A stretch of 64,000 nt of DNA from a virus. Positions within the stretch are counted from its first letter, which is position 1, and each line of letters opens with the position of its first letter. The position numbers and the translations under genes are program-made. This document shows positions 19,679-28,759 of the stretch, in pieces. Below the pieces are notes generated by a model that was not told the DNA's origin, did not search any database, and worked only from the letters and a program-made list of their open reading frames with translations. The stretch lies in IMG/VR virus record IMGVR_UViG_3300045988_157201; one strand, given 5' to 3'.

Positions 19679-19933
19679 ATGGTTTTAGAAGAAACAGTTG
19701 AAGGTATGCTTAGTAAAGATTATGAAGAGAGATTTGTTGCAGAGTATCAGCAATTATTAATCCGTTATGAGTATGAGAGATTGAAGAAAATGCTTGATGA
19801 TTGGGATAAGGGAGAACTATCTTTCGTTCCGACTTGCCCACGAAGTACATATGATTTGCAGATTAAAGCAATGAATGATTATAAGACTATACTTGAAGCA
19901 AGAGCGGCGATAGAAAATATTGATATAAGTTGA
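19679..19933 (+). CDS. hypothetical protein (source of the upstream remnant copy)
   Basis: ATG after AGTAGGGAA. 84 aa. Confidence 0.55.
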   Translation: MVLEETVEGMLSKDYEERFVAEYQQLLIRYEYERLKKMLDDWDKGELSFVPTCPRSTYDLQIKAMNDYKTILEARAAIENIDIS

Positions 19934-19942
19934 GGTGATTTA

Positions 19943-20611
19943 TTGAAAGTAATTAAACGAGATGGCAGAGAAGTTGATTTTGATAAGAATAAAATTATTA
20001 AAGCTATTAGCAAGGCGAATGACGAAAGTAAAACTAATAATGAAAAGACTTTAAGTAAATCTGAAATACTTAATATTGCAAATGAAATAGAAAGAAAAAT
20101 CAATCACAGCCAAAGGGCATATTCTGTTGAGGAAATCCAAGATTTAAACGAGGAATTTATTGATAATCTTGGTTGTTTTAAACTCGCTAAAAGATATGCC
20201 ATATATCGTTATAAAAGAGGCTTGGTTAGAAAAGGCAATTCAACGGACGATGCAATTTTATCATTACTTGACTTGAATAATGAAGAAATTAAACAGGAAA
20301 ATTCAAATAAAAATCCTACTATTATTCCTACGCAACGAGATTATATGGCTGGCGAAGTTAGTAAGGATTTAACTGATAGAATTTTGTTACCGCAAGATAT
20401 TGTAGAAGCAGATAAAGAGGGTATTATTCACTTCCACGACAAAGATTATTATGCTCAACATACATATAATTGCTGTTTATGCAATCTTGATGATATGTTA
20501 CAGAATGGAACTGTAATTAGCGGAACTATGATTGAAAAACCACACAGCTTTTCAACAGCTTGTACTATTGCAACTCAGATAATCTCACAAGTGAGTTCCA
20601 ACCAATATGGT
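19943..20611 (+). CDS. nrdD: anaerobic ribonucleoside-triphosphate reductase NrdD, exon 1 (ATP-cone + N-terminal core)
   Basis: ATP-cone MKVIKRDGREVDFDKNKIIKAI. The exon ends ...SQVSSNQYG at U20611. P1 pairing: exon ATATGGT 20605-20611 with intron GCCATAT 20618-20624. Confidence 0.85.
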
Positions 20612-21802
20612 TTAACTGCCATATCAAAACAACATTAACTAACAGAGTTTAGGGTTATATTATATATAGCTAACGAGGCACGGTTGAAAATGCCTATCTC
20701 GTGATTAATGAATATAAAGGAGTTTGGAAATGACTCAAATAGAAAAAATTGAAATATTAAAAGAAACTATTACTCAGTTGTACGAAAAAGAAGGTCGTTC
20801 TAAATTATATATATCAGACTTGTTGAAAATTAACAGAAAAAGTCTTACCCAAAAAATTAACGAGTGGGAACTTGTAAAAGCAGACAAAAGACATTTAAAT
20901 CCATCAAATAAAAAATTTCTTAATAAGAATAGAAAAATTATAATTGATATGTTAGACAGCGATTACACTATAACTGATATTGCTCTAAGAATACAAAAAA
21001 CAAGAGATTCCTTGTTAAAAACTTTTATAAAAAACGATAAAGAGCTTTTACATCACTATAACGAATATAATAAAAGATTAAAAATTCGTTCAAATGAGAG
21101 AAAAGAATTGCTAAAAGAAAATTCTTCAAGAGAGTATTTTACAGAATCTCTTGAGGGGGAATTATGGCAAGAGATAATGGGATATTCAGATTATTTTATA
21201 TCAAACAAAGGCAGAATAAAAAAGTATGTAAAAAGTTATAAGTCTTTTTACTTAATGAAAATCGCTTACAATCAAATAAGTGGTTACGGATATGTCTGTT
21301 TGGTAAATAAAGATGGCAAGAGAAAGAATTTAAGTGTTGCAAGATTGGTTGCCCACAGCTTTGTAGAAGGGTATTCAGAAGAAAAAAACACTGTCGACCA
21401 CAAGGATGGGAATAAAAGAAATAATGAGGCAATTAATCTTGAATGGGTATCGCAATCTGAAAACAATGAAAATGCTTATAAAAATGGTAAACCCCCACAT
21501 AAAAGTTATTCGAGGAATGGGCGGTTTAAAAAACTCATAATGGATGGAAAATATGAATTTAAAACTATCAGAGCCGTTGCGAGATTTTTAAATCTATCCG
21601 AAACTCAAACACAAAGATATATTAGTGGCGAAACAAAAACAGAACACACATTTCAATTTGTTTATTAAACTTTATGTTTATTAATTGTATCGACTATAAT
21701 GTAGGAATGTTGCGAAATATCTCCGAAATATGTTGATTTGGTACGCAAACCAAATAAGAAATAGTCAGATTTAATTATACACGAAAATATAATTAAAATA
21801 CG
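20612..21802 (+). mobile_element. group I intron 1 in nrdD
   Basis: P1/IGS pairing with a U-G wobble at the 5' splice site. The last nt is G21802. Exon text resumes G QSITLSHLAPFVDVSRQ in frame at 21803. Confidence 0.8.
20730..21668 (+). CDS. intron-encoded HNH homing endonuclease (NUMOD4 + HNH_3-like)
   Basis: WQEIMGYSDYFISNKGRIKK, and VDHKDGNKRNNEAINLEWVSQSENN. ATG 20730 is 7 nt after AAGGAG. Confidence 0.85.
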   Translation: MTQIEKIEILKETITQLYEKEGRSKLYISDLLKINRKSLTQKINEWELVKADKRHLNPSNKKFLNKNRKIIIDMLDSDYTITDIALRIQKTRDSLLKTFIKNDKELLHHYNEYNKRLKIRSNERKELLKENSSREYFTESLEGELWQEIMGYSDYFISNKGRIKKYVKSYKSFYLMKIAYNQISGYGYVCLVNKDGKRKNLSVARLVAHSFVEGYSEEKNTVDHKDGNKRNNEAINLEWVSQSENNENAYKNGKPPHKSYSRNGRFKKLIMDGKYEFKTIRAVARFLNLSETQTQRYISGETKTEHTFQFVY

Positions 21803-23263
21803 GGTCAATCAATCACCCTTTCTCATTTAGCACCATTTGTAGATGTGTCAAGGCAGAACATTAAAAATGAAATTATTAATGAGATTAATGAGGGTGTTGA
21901 GAAAGGGGAAATCCAGATATGTATTAATTCTGATAAATATTATCGCTATATTAACAGAGTTACCGAGAAAAGACTAAAAAAGGAAATTACAAAAGGTGTT
22001 CAGACAATACAGTATCAAGTTGAAACATTGATGACAACTAACGGTCAAGCACCGTTTATTACTGTTTTTATGTATCTCAATGAAGCAAGGAACGAACAAG
22101 AAAAGAATGACCTTGCAATGATTATTGAGGAAGTTCTTAAACAGAGGTATCAAGGTGTAAAGAACGAGGAAGGTGCGTGGATTACACCTGCTTTCCCAAA
22201 GCTGATTTATGTACTTGAAGCAGATAATATTACTGGAAATAGTAAGTATTGGTATTTGACTAAGTTGGCAGCTAAATGTTCAGCAAAAAGACTTGTTCCA
22301 GATTATATTTCTGAAAAGGCGATGAAAGAATTAAAAGAGGGAAATTGTTTCCCTTCGATGGGATGTCGCAGCTTCCTCTCACCGTATAAAGACGAAAATG
22401 GAAACTATAAATTCTATGGTCGATTTAATAAAGGTGTTGTAACAATTAATCTTGTCGATGTAGCTTTATCATCGGGCAAAGATAAAGATAAGTTCTGGAA
22501 AATTTTTGATGAAAGATTGGAACTTTGTCATAAAGCATTACTTTGTAGATATGAAAGATTAAAAGGTACACTTTCAGATGTAGCACCTATAGTGTGGCAA
22601 TACGGAGCATTAGCAAGACTTAAAAAAGGAGAAACCATTGATAAGTTGCTTGTTGGTGGATATTCTTCAATTTCGCTTGGTTATGCAGGGTTATATGAAT
22701 GTGTCAAATATATGACAGGTAAATCTCATACTGATACTGAAGCAACACCATTCGCACTTGAAATTATGAAATATATGAATAAGAAGTGTAATGAGTGGAA
22801 TAGTCAGTTGAACTTAGGTTTTTCTTTATATGGTTCGCCTATAGAAAATACAACATATAAATTTGCAAAGTGTTTACAGAAAAGATTTGGAATTATAGAA
22901 GGTGTTACTGATAAAAACTATATAACAAATAGTTATCATATTAATGTTAGGGAAAATGTTAATGCTTTCGATAAACTTAAATTTGAATCACAGTTTCAAA
23001 AATTAAGTTTAGGTGGTGCAATTAGTTATATAGAAACTTCTAATTTACAAAATAATATTGAAGCTGTTTTATCAGTTTTTAAATTTATTTATGACAATAT
23101 TATGTATGCCGAATTAAACACAAAGTCTGATTATTGTCAAGAATGTGGATATGACGGAGAAATTAATATTGTTAAAAACAATGACGGTAAATTAATTTGG
23201 AAATGTCCAAATTGTGGTAACACAGATGAAAATAAGTTGAATATTGCAAGGAGAACTTGCGGT
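21803..23263 (+). CDS. nrdD: NrdD, exon 2 (catalytic core and C-terminal Zn cluster)
   Basis: In-frame continuation of exon 1. CQECGY...CPNCG zinc site. Ends ...ARRTCG at U23263. P1: exon TGCGGT 23258-23263 with intron GCCGCA 23276-23281. Confidence 0.85.
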
Positions 23264-24166
23264 AAAGAATATATTGCCGCAGTAAAATGATTGAAATTCA
23301 GGGGAAGTCTAAACTATTAAATAGCAAGATAATCCTGAGCCAAGATTCTTAACTAATTTGAATTTCTATATTAACAAAAGTATTAAAAATAAAAAAGGGG
23401 AATTGAAGATATTAGAACATAAATGTGAAGTTTGTGGTCGAATGTGGCGAAAAAAATTAAAAGCAGACGGCAAAATTGTTTGTAATAAGCATTACCATCA
23501 ATTTAAAAGGTTTGGTTGTTTTAGGGATGCTTCAAGTAGAACACAGAGAGATAAAAATAATATAACCATAAACGGTGATATTGCTTTAATTGATTTGTAT
23601 GACAAACAATACAATGTTATTGCACAAGCAATAATTGATACTGAAGATATTAATAAAGTAAAATACATCAAATGGAGATTGAATTGCAATGGATATGTAA
23701 TGAATAATAGCCATACAAGCATTTTTTTACATAGAAGAATACTTGGCGTTGATACAATGGTAGACCATAAAAATGGTAATAGATTAGATAATAGGAAATG
23801 TAATTTAAGGGTAGCTACGCCAAGCACAAATCAAATGAATGTAAATTATCTTGGGGTGTATCGACACAAAGACAAATATATTGCCAAGATAAAATTACAC
23901 CAACATCAGACTCATTTAGGAGTTTTTGCATATGAAGAAGAAGCTAAATATGCACGATGGTATGCCGAACAGGTGTTGTTCAAAGAATTTGCATATCCAA
24001 AACCAGAACCAAAGATAATTGAAAGCAGAAAAAATGAAATTCAGAAATTAGTTAATAATAAGGTGCAGAGGCTACAATAATCACTATAGCCAAACCATTT
24101 GAATGGATGGTATAGAATGTATAGTCCACTCCCTATTTAAATATCTCGAAAGAGAGGGTATAAAGG
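23264..24166 (+). mobile_element. group I intron 2 in nrdD
   Basis: P1/IGS with a U-G wobble. Ends in G24166. Carries an HNH-AP2 ORF. GAAA-capped hairpin TCTCGAAAGAGA near 24144-24155. Confidence 0.8.
23358..24080 (+). CDS. intron-encoded HNH endonuclease with AP2 DNA-binding domain
   Basis: VDHKNGNRLDNRKCNLRVATPSTNQMN (HNH) and YLGVYRHKDKYIAKIKLHQHQTHLGVFAYEEEA (AP2). The start is uncertain: TTG 23358 has no SD, while in-frame ATA 23409 is 8 nt after AAAGGGG. Confidence 0.8.
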   Translation: MNFYINKSIKNKKGELKILEHKCEVCGRMWRKKLKADGKIVCNKHYHQFKRFGCFRDASSRTQRDKNNITINGDIALIDLYDKQYNVIAQAIIDTEDINKVKYIKWRLNCNGYVMNNSHTSIFLHRRILGVDTMVDHKNGNRLDNRKCNLRVATPSTNQMNVNYLGVYRHKDKYIAKIKLHQHQTHLGVFAYEEEAKYARWYAEQVLFKEFAYPKPEPKIIESRKNEIQKLVNNKVQRLQ

Positions 24167-24247
24167 TATATAGGAACAAACTTCTGGAACCAAGGAAGAA
24201 CACAAGAAATCAAAGAAAGATATATTCACTTAGGTGGAAACGAATAA
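24167..24247 (+). CDS. nrdD: NrdD, exon 3 (26-codon micro-exon completing the glycyl-radical domain)
   Basis: Translates YIGTNFWNQGRTQEIKERYIHLGGNE-stop. Joined to exon 2 it gives RRTCG|YIG....W.QG, the remembered NrdD C-terminal pattern RxCGYLG...WNxGK..E. Too short to appear in the ORF track. Confidence 0.8.
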   Translation, partial: YIGTNFWNQGRTQEIKERYIHLGGNE

Positions 24248-24253
24248 CAAATA

Positions 24254-24763
24254 ATGAATTATATCAAAATAACAAAAAATGATATAGCCAATGGAGTTGG
24301 TGTTAGAACGGTATTATGGGTAAGTGGTTGCACTATGCGTTGTAAGGAATGTCATAATCAATCAACTTGGGATTTTAATGCAGGTCAGCCATTTACAAAT
24401 GATACGATGAATAAGTTGTTAAATTCACTAATCCCCGATTATGTTGCCGGTTTAACATTATCAGGTGGGCACCCATTGGAAAAACAAAACCAACAGCAGA
24501 TAGCCAATATAGTAAAAACGGTTAAAGCTAAATATTTAACTAAAACTATTTGGTTATACACAGGTTATTTATATGAGAATATATTGAAAATGCCATTTGT
24601 GACAAGGAACATATTGCCTTATATAGATATTCTTGTTGACGGAAAATATGATTGCACCAAGCGAGACATCACACTTGCTTGGTGTGGTTCGTCAAACCAA
24701 AGAGTTATAGATATTCAGAAAAGTTTAAAAGAAAATAAAGTGATTTTATTTAAAGAGGAGTGA
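24254..24763 (+). CDS. nrdG: anaerobic RNR activating radical-SAM protein NrdG
   Basis: CTMRCKECHN (CxxxCxxC) and GLTLSGGHPLE. Immediately follows nrdD. Confidence 0.9.
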   Translation: MNYIKITKNDIANGVGVRTVLWVSGCTMRCKECHNQSTWDFNAGQPFTNDTMNKLLNSLIPDYVAGLTLSGGHPLEKQNQQQIANIVKTVKAKYLTKTIWLYTGYLYENILKMPFVTRNILPYIDILVDGKYDCTKRDITLAWCGSSNQRVIDIQKSLKENKVILFKEE

Positions 24764-25653
24764 AAAGTATAGAATTTTTAAAAAATCCTTTTAATTATAC
24801 GGGTGCAAAATATAAATTACTACCTCAATTATTACCATTATTCCCTGATAGAATTGATAATTTTGTGGATTTATTCGGAGGGGGGGGAGAAGTATCATTA
24901 AATGTAAAGGCTAATTCAATAGTTTACAATGACAAATGTAAGCCGTTAGTAAATATTTTTAAAAATTTAGATAACGATTTCGTTAATGAGGTTAAAGAAA
25001 TTATTAATAAATATAAACTTGATAAATGGAATAAAGACGGTTTCTTAAAACTTCGTTCTGTGTATAACAACTCGTTAAAAGATAATTTAAACAGAGAAAA
25101 TGCTGTTGCCTTGTATTGTTTACTCGTACACGCATTTAATTATCAGATAGCTTTTAATAGCAAAGGTGAATATAATATGCCCTCTGGTGCAAGCAGGTCA
25201 TATTTCTCTAAATCCTTGGAAACAAAATTAAATAAATACATAGATGAAATCGGTAAAAGAAATATCAAATTTTATAGTGAGGACTTTCATAATTTATCAT
25301 TTGATAATCAGGATTTTAAAAACACATTTTACTATTGCGACCCACCTTATTTGATTACAGTAGGAGCATATGAGAGAGATTATTTTTGTAAATGGTCTGA
25401 AAGTTATGAAAGAGAACTGCTAAATTTATTAGACATTCTTGATTATAAACAGGCTAAGTTTGCTTTATCAAATGTTTTAGAGCATAAAGGTAAAAGCAAT
25501 GATATTTTAAAAGAATGGTCTAAAAAATATAATGTTCATTATTTAAATATGAACTATAAGAATTGTAATTATCAAACAAAAGATAAATCGGCAAATAGCA
25601 GTATTGAAGTTTTAATTACGAATTATGAAACATACAAAGAAACAGATAATTAA
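24760..25653 (+). CDS. Dam-like (D12 class) N6-adenine DNA methyltransferase
   Basis: NPFNYTGAKYKLLPQL, motif I VDLFGGGG, motif IV YYCDPPY. GTG 24760 overlaps the nrdG stop (GTGA). An alternative in-frame ATA at 24769 is 8 nt after GAGGAG. Confidence 0.9.
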   Translation: MKSIEFLKNPFNYTGAKYKLLPQLLPLFPDRIDNFVDLFGGGGEVSLNVKANSIVYNDKCKPLVNIFKNLDNDFVNEVKEIINKYKLDKWNKDGFLKLRSVYNNSLKDNLNRENAVALYCLLVHAFNYQIAFNSKGEYNMPSGASRSYFSKSLETKLNKYIDEIGKRNIKFYSEDFHNLSFDNQDFKNTFYYCDPPYLITVGAYERDYFCKWSESYERELLNLLDILDYKQAKFALSNVLEHKGKSNDILKEWSKKYNVHYLNMNYKNCNYQTKDKSANSSIEVLITNYETYKETDN

Positions 25654-25672
25654 ATAAATTAGGAGAATATAT

Positions 25673-26161
25673 ATGGAAAAATTTTATATCGTATCGAATG
25701 ACAGTGCTCTTGGCGAAAAATATCTTGAATATTTAGAAACCGTTAATAAGATTACTGACTTATTTCGAGATTTTGCGGTAAGAAATAATATTCATACCAA
25801 CTCATTCTATCCAACTGTTACAAGGTTATGGATTGACCCTGATACCGAGGACATTAAGAATTTTGCAAATGGGTTTATATCTGATACTCCGGGCAAGTTC
25901 AAATTAAGAAATCCTCTTAATAAAGAATGGGTTTCATTATGTAAAGAAAACGGTCTTACAGAAAATGCACATAAACCTTATGTTCCATTCTTTTTTACAT
26001 TTGGTTATTTTAAGTGTAGATGGAGATTGTTTGATTTAGATAATGTTATTTATTGCACATTTTCATCTGAAGGTGATTTCAATACTCCGGAAGGTTTGAC
26101 GGAAATAAAAGCAAGTAAGTTTTATTCCATTATGGAATCTAAAAAACTTATTATAAATTGA
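25673..26161 (+). CDS. hypothetical protein
   Basis: ATG 8 nt after GGAG. 162 aa, no motif recognised. Confidence 0.55.
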   Translation: MEKFYIVSNDSALGEKYLEYLETVNKITDLFRDFAVRNNIHTNSFYPTVTRLWIDPDTEDIKNFANGFISDTPGKFKLRNPLNKEWVSLCKENGLTENAHKPYVPFFFTFGYFKCRWRLFDLDNVIYCTFSSEGDFNTPEGLTEIKASKFYSIMESKKLIIN

Positions 26162-26189
26162 TTAAATAATTCTTTTATTAGTAAAGGCG

Positions 26190-26921
26190 GTGAAACTAAT
26201 TATTAAATTATTACAAGGCGATTGTCTTGAATTGATGAAAGATATTCCCGATAAGTCGATAGATATGATTTTATGTGATTTACCTTATGGAACAACACAA
26301 TGCAAATGGGATACTGTCATTCCATTTGAACCATTGTGGAAAGAATATAAAAGAATCATAAAGGATAATGGGTGTATAGCGTTGTTTAGCAGTCAACCAT
26401 TTACAAGTTCATTAGTAATGAGCAATCCTAAAATGTATAAATATGAATGGATATGGCAGAAAACCCATCCAAAAGGACATTTAAACGCTAAGAAGATGCC
26501 AATGAGAGCACACGAAAATATTGAAATTTTTTATAAAAAACCACCATTGTATAATCCACAAATGACTCATGGACATACAAGAAAGGTTGTTAAAACAAAT
26601 TACATAAAGGAATCAGACGGTAATAGCTGTTACGGAAGAGAAATAAGAAATACATTTTATGACAGCACAGATAGATTTCCGTTAGATGTACAAATATTTA
26701 GCAATGATAATCAGTGCAACAAACTTCACCCAACGCAGAAGCCTGTAGCATTATGTGAATATTTAATTAGAACATACACCAACGAGGGTGATACAGTTCT
26801 TGATAATTGTATGGGTTCAGGAACAACAGGTGTAGCTTGCAAAAATCTTAATAGAAATTTCATTGGTATAGAAATTGATGAAAACTATTTTAATATAGCG
26901 AAAGAAAGAATTGGTAAATAG
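26190..26921 (+). CDS. beta-class N4-cytosine/N6-adenine DNA methyltransferase
   Basis: LLQGDCLELM, motif IV CDLPYG preceding HPTQKP and motif I LDNCMGSGTTGVA (N6_N4_Mtase order). GTG 26190 abuts the SD; in-frame ATT 26199 is at 8 nt. Confidence 0.9.
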   Translation: MKLIIKLLQGDCLELMKDIPDKSIDMILCDLPYGTTQCKWDTVIPFEPLWKEYKRIIKDNGCIALFSSQPFTSSLVMSNPKMYKYEWIWQKTHPKGHLNAKKMPMRAHENIEIFYKKPPLYNPQMTHGHTRKVVKTNYIKESDGNSCYGREIRNTFYDSTDRFPLDVQIFSNDNQCNKLHPTQKPVALCEYLIRTYTNEGDTVLDNCMGSGTTGVACKNLNRNFIGIEIDENYFNIAKERIGK

Positions 26922-26942
26922 CATTATAAACCATAGATTGGA

Positions 26943-27221
26943 GTGGTAACTATAAAAAGAATAATTAAGAAAAGTATGGCACAAGATACTGTGAATCTAA
27001 AATTCTTTAAGTGTAATGCTTGTAAATGTATTTTTGAAACAACTATAGATGATTGTGATTGGGTTTGCCCAATTAATTCTGCAACTACAGTTTTTATATC
27101 ACTTTGCCCGTCTTGTGGGAAAGTATGTTATAAAGAAGAAATAAAGGAACAAACAATAAGAGAAAAAGAACTTGAAATAAACGAACTCAAGAAAAGAAAT
27201 GAAGAAAAGGAAACAATTTGA
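26943..27221 (+). CDS. hypothetical zinc-ribbon protein
   Basis: CNACKC...CPSCGKVC followed by a charged coiled C-terminus. The start is ambiguous: GTG 26943 inside the SD, ATA 26952, or ATG 26976. Confidence 0.5.
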   Translation: MVTIKRIIKKSMAQDTVNLKFFKCNACKCIFETTIDDCDWVCPINSATTVFISLCPSCGKVCYKEEIKEQTIREKELEINELKKRNEEKETI

Positions 27222-27463
27222 TAAAAATAGAAAATGAATGTGTAGATTGTCCTAAAGAAATAGGTTGTATTGGCGACCTATGCCCTTACAAAAATGTTAC
27301 ACGATATTATTGCGATTGTTGTGAGCAAGAGAGTGAACTATACAATTTTGACGGAGAAGAGTTGTGCGAGGATTGCGTAAGAGCAAGACTTAAAGAGTGT
27401 TTTGATGGTTATACACTTAAAGAACAGGCAGAAATATTAGGACTTGATTTGAGTAAAGCTTAA
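27218..27463 (+). CDS. hypothetical Cys-rich protein
   Basis: CVDCPKEIGCIGDLCPY...CDCCEQ...CEDC. The TTG start overlaps the upstream stop. Confidence 0.5.
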   Translation: MIKIENECVDCPKEIGCIGDLCPYKNVTRYYCDCCEQESELYNFDGEELCEDCVRARLKECFDGYTLKEQAEILGLDLSKA

Positions 27464-27504
27464 ACATTAAATAAAATACAATTTAAAATAAAGGAGAATA
27501 ATTA

Positions 27505-28152
27505 ATGCTTTATTTAACAGATTTAAGTTTAAAATATGCAATAGATATATGTTTAACAAAGCCAAAATATGTAGTGTATATTGCAGAACTTGATGATATT
27601 AGTATTAAAAAAACTTTTTATTATTTACTTGGTAAAATCACTGATGATTCAATTGCCGGCAAAGGATTTACTAATACATTTGGTGAAATCGACTTTCGGA
27701 ATGGGAGTTACATCCGTGTTATTGATGCGTCAACAACAGCAAAATATAATCATTGCCACTTGCTAATTGTTGATAATAAAATTGACATTGATACAAGGGA
27801 AATATTAAAAGCATTTGAAATAAGAAATTATGATAAAGAAAAAGAAATTGAAGAAAAATTTAATAAGGAAACAAAAGGAGAACAACTTATGAATATAGTA
27901 CAGGTTAATTTTATTAATAGTATTACGCAGAAAAGATATACATATAAAGTTCCAAACGGCATTAGCCTTAACAAAGGTGATATTATTCGAGTGAGAAATA
28001 AAGACGGTAAAGAAGCTATTGCCGTTTGTGCAACCGATAGTGAAAATCTTTCTGATAATGCCGTTGATATGGTTATGGACGGTCTTGATGTATTGAGCGA
28101 TGTTATAGGTGTTTATAACTTAGTTAAATTTCAGGAGACGACTAATGAGTAA
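27505..28152 (+). CDS. hypothetical protein
   Basis: ATG 8 nt after GGAG. 215 aa, no motif recognised. Confidence 0.55.
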   Translation: MLYLTDLSLKYAIDICLTKPKYVVYIAELDDISIKKTFYYLLGKITDDSIAGKGFTNTFGEIDFRNGSYIRVIDASTTAKYNHCHLLIVDNKIDIDTREILKAFEIRNYDKEKEIEEKFNKETKGEQLMNIVQVNFINSITQKRYTYKVPNGISLNKGDIIRVRNKDGKEAIAVCATDSENLSDNAVDMVMDGLDVLSDVIGVYNLVKFQETTNE

Positions 28153-28720
28153 TGGGTTTAAGAATGAAAATGATGAAATAAAAGACAACTTAAAAGCAGA
28201 GAACAGAATTGATAATGATAATGAACTATATTCTTATATAAAAGATTTTGCAATATTAAAATTAGAAAGCGAGACTAAACGAGAGAATTTTTTAATTCGA
28301 CAATCAACGAGTTTACAGATAATATCTTTGTTTACAATAATTGCTTTGTTTATAACGGCACCTACTATTATTGAGTATCGTGGTAAAATACCCCTTGAGT
28401 TTTTATTATTTTCGTTTTCAATAATTACAATATTTTTATTGATTAGTTTACTATTCGCTTTGTTGGTACAAAAGAAAGAATTACAGGCAGCCCTTCCTGA
28501 TGTAGATGTATTTATGCAACATATGATAGACAACTATGAAATTTATTTGTCGTCTATTCAGCGAGATAGAGCGTTTACTGAACTTGTAGGGAAAGTGCAA
28601 AAATGCAAAAACAAAATAAATAACAAAAGAACAAAAAAGATTGACTGGTCTATGTGGTTATTTTATGCAGCGTTATTTTTAATAATTATTTTTATTGGTT
28701 CGTACATAATGTGTAGATAA
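28145..28720 (+). CDS. hypothetical membrane protein (about 3 TM segments)
   Basis: Hydrophobic segments LQIISLFTIIALFITAPTII, FLLFSFSIITIFLLISLLFALLV and WLFYAALFLIIIFIGSYIM. Soluble N-terminal and central parts. Confidence 0.55.
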   Translation: MSNGFKNENDEIKDNLKAENRIDNDNELYSYIKDFAILKLESETKRENFLIRQSTSLQIISLFTIIALFITAPTIIEYRGKIPLEFLLFSFSIITIFLLISLLFALLVQKKELQAALPDVDVFMQHMIDNYEIYLSSIQRDRAFTELVGKVQKCKNKINNKRTKKIDWSMWLFYAALFLIIIFIGSYIMCR

Positions 28721-28759
28721 AAAAATAATACAATGAAATGTAACAAAGGAGAATGATAA

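Noticed and set aside
19480-19701. 73-aa ORF overlapping 19404-19673 out of frame
   Set aside because: It is fully nested in another frame of a better-supported gene (with RBS and tight packing) and has no RBS of its own.
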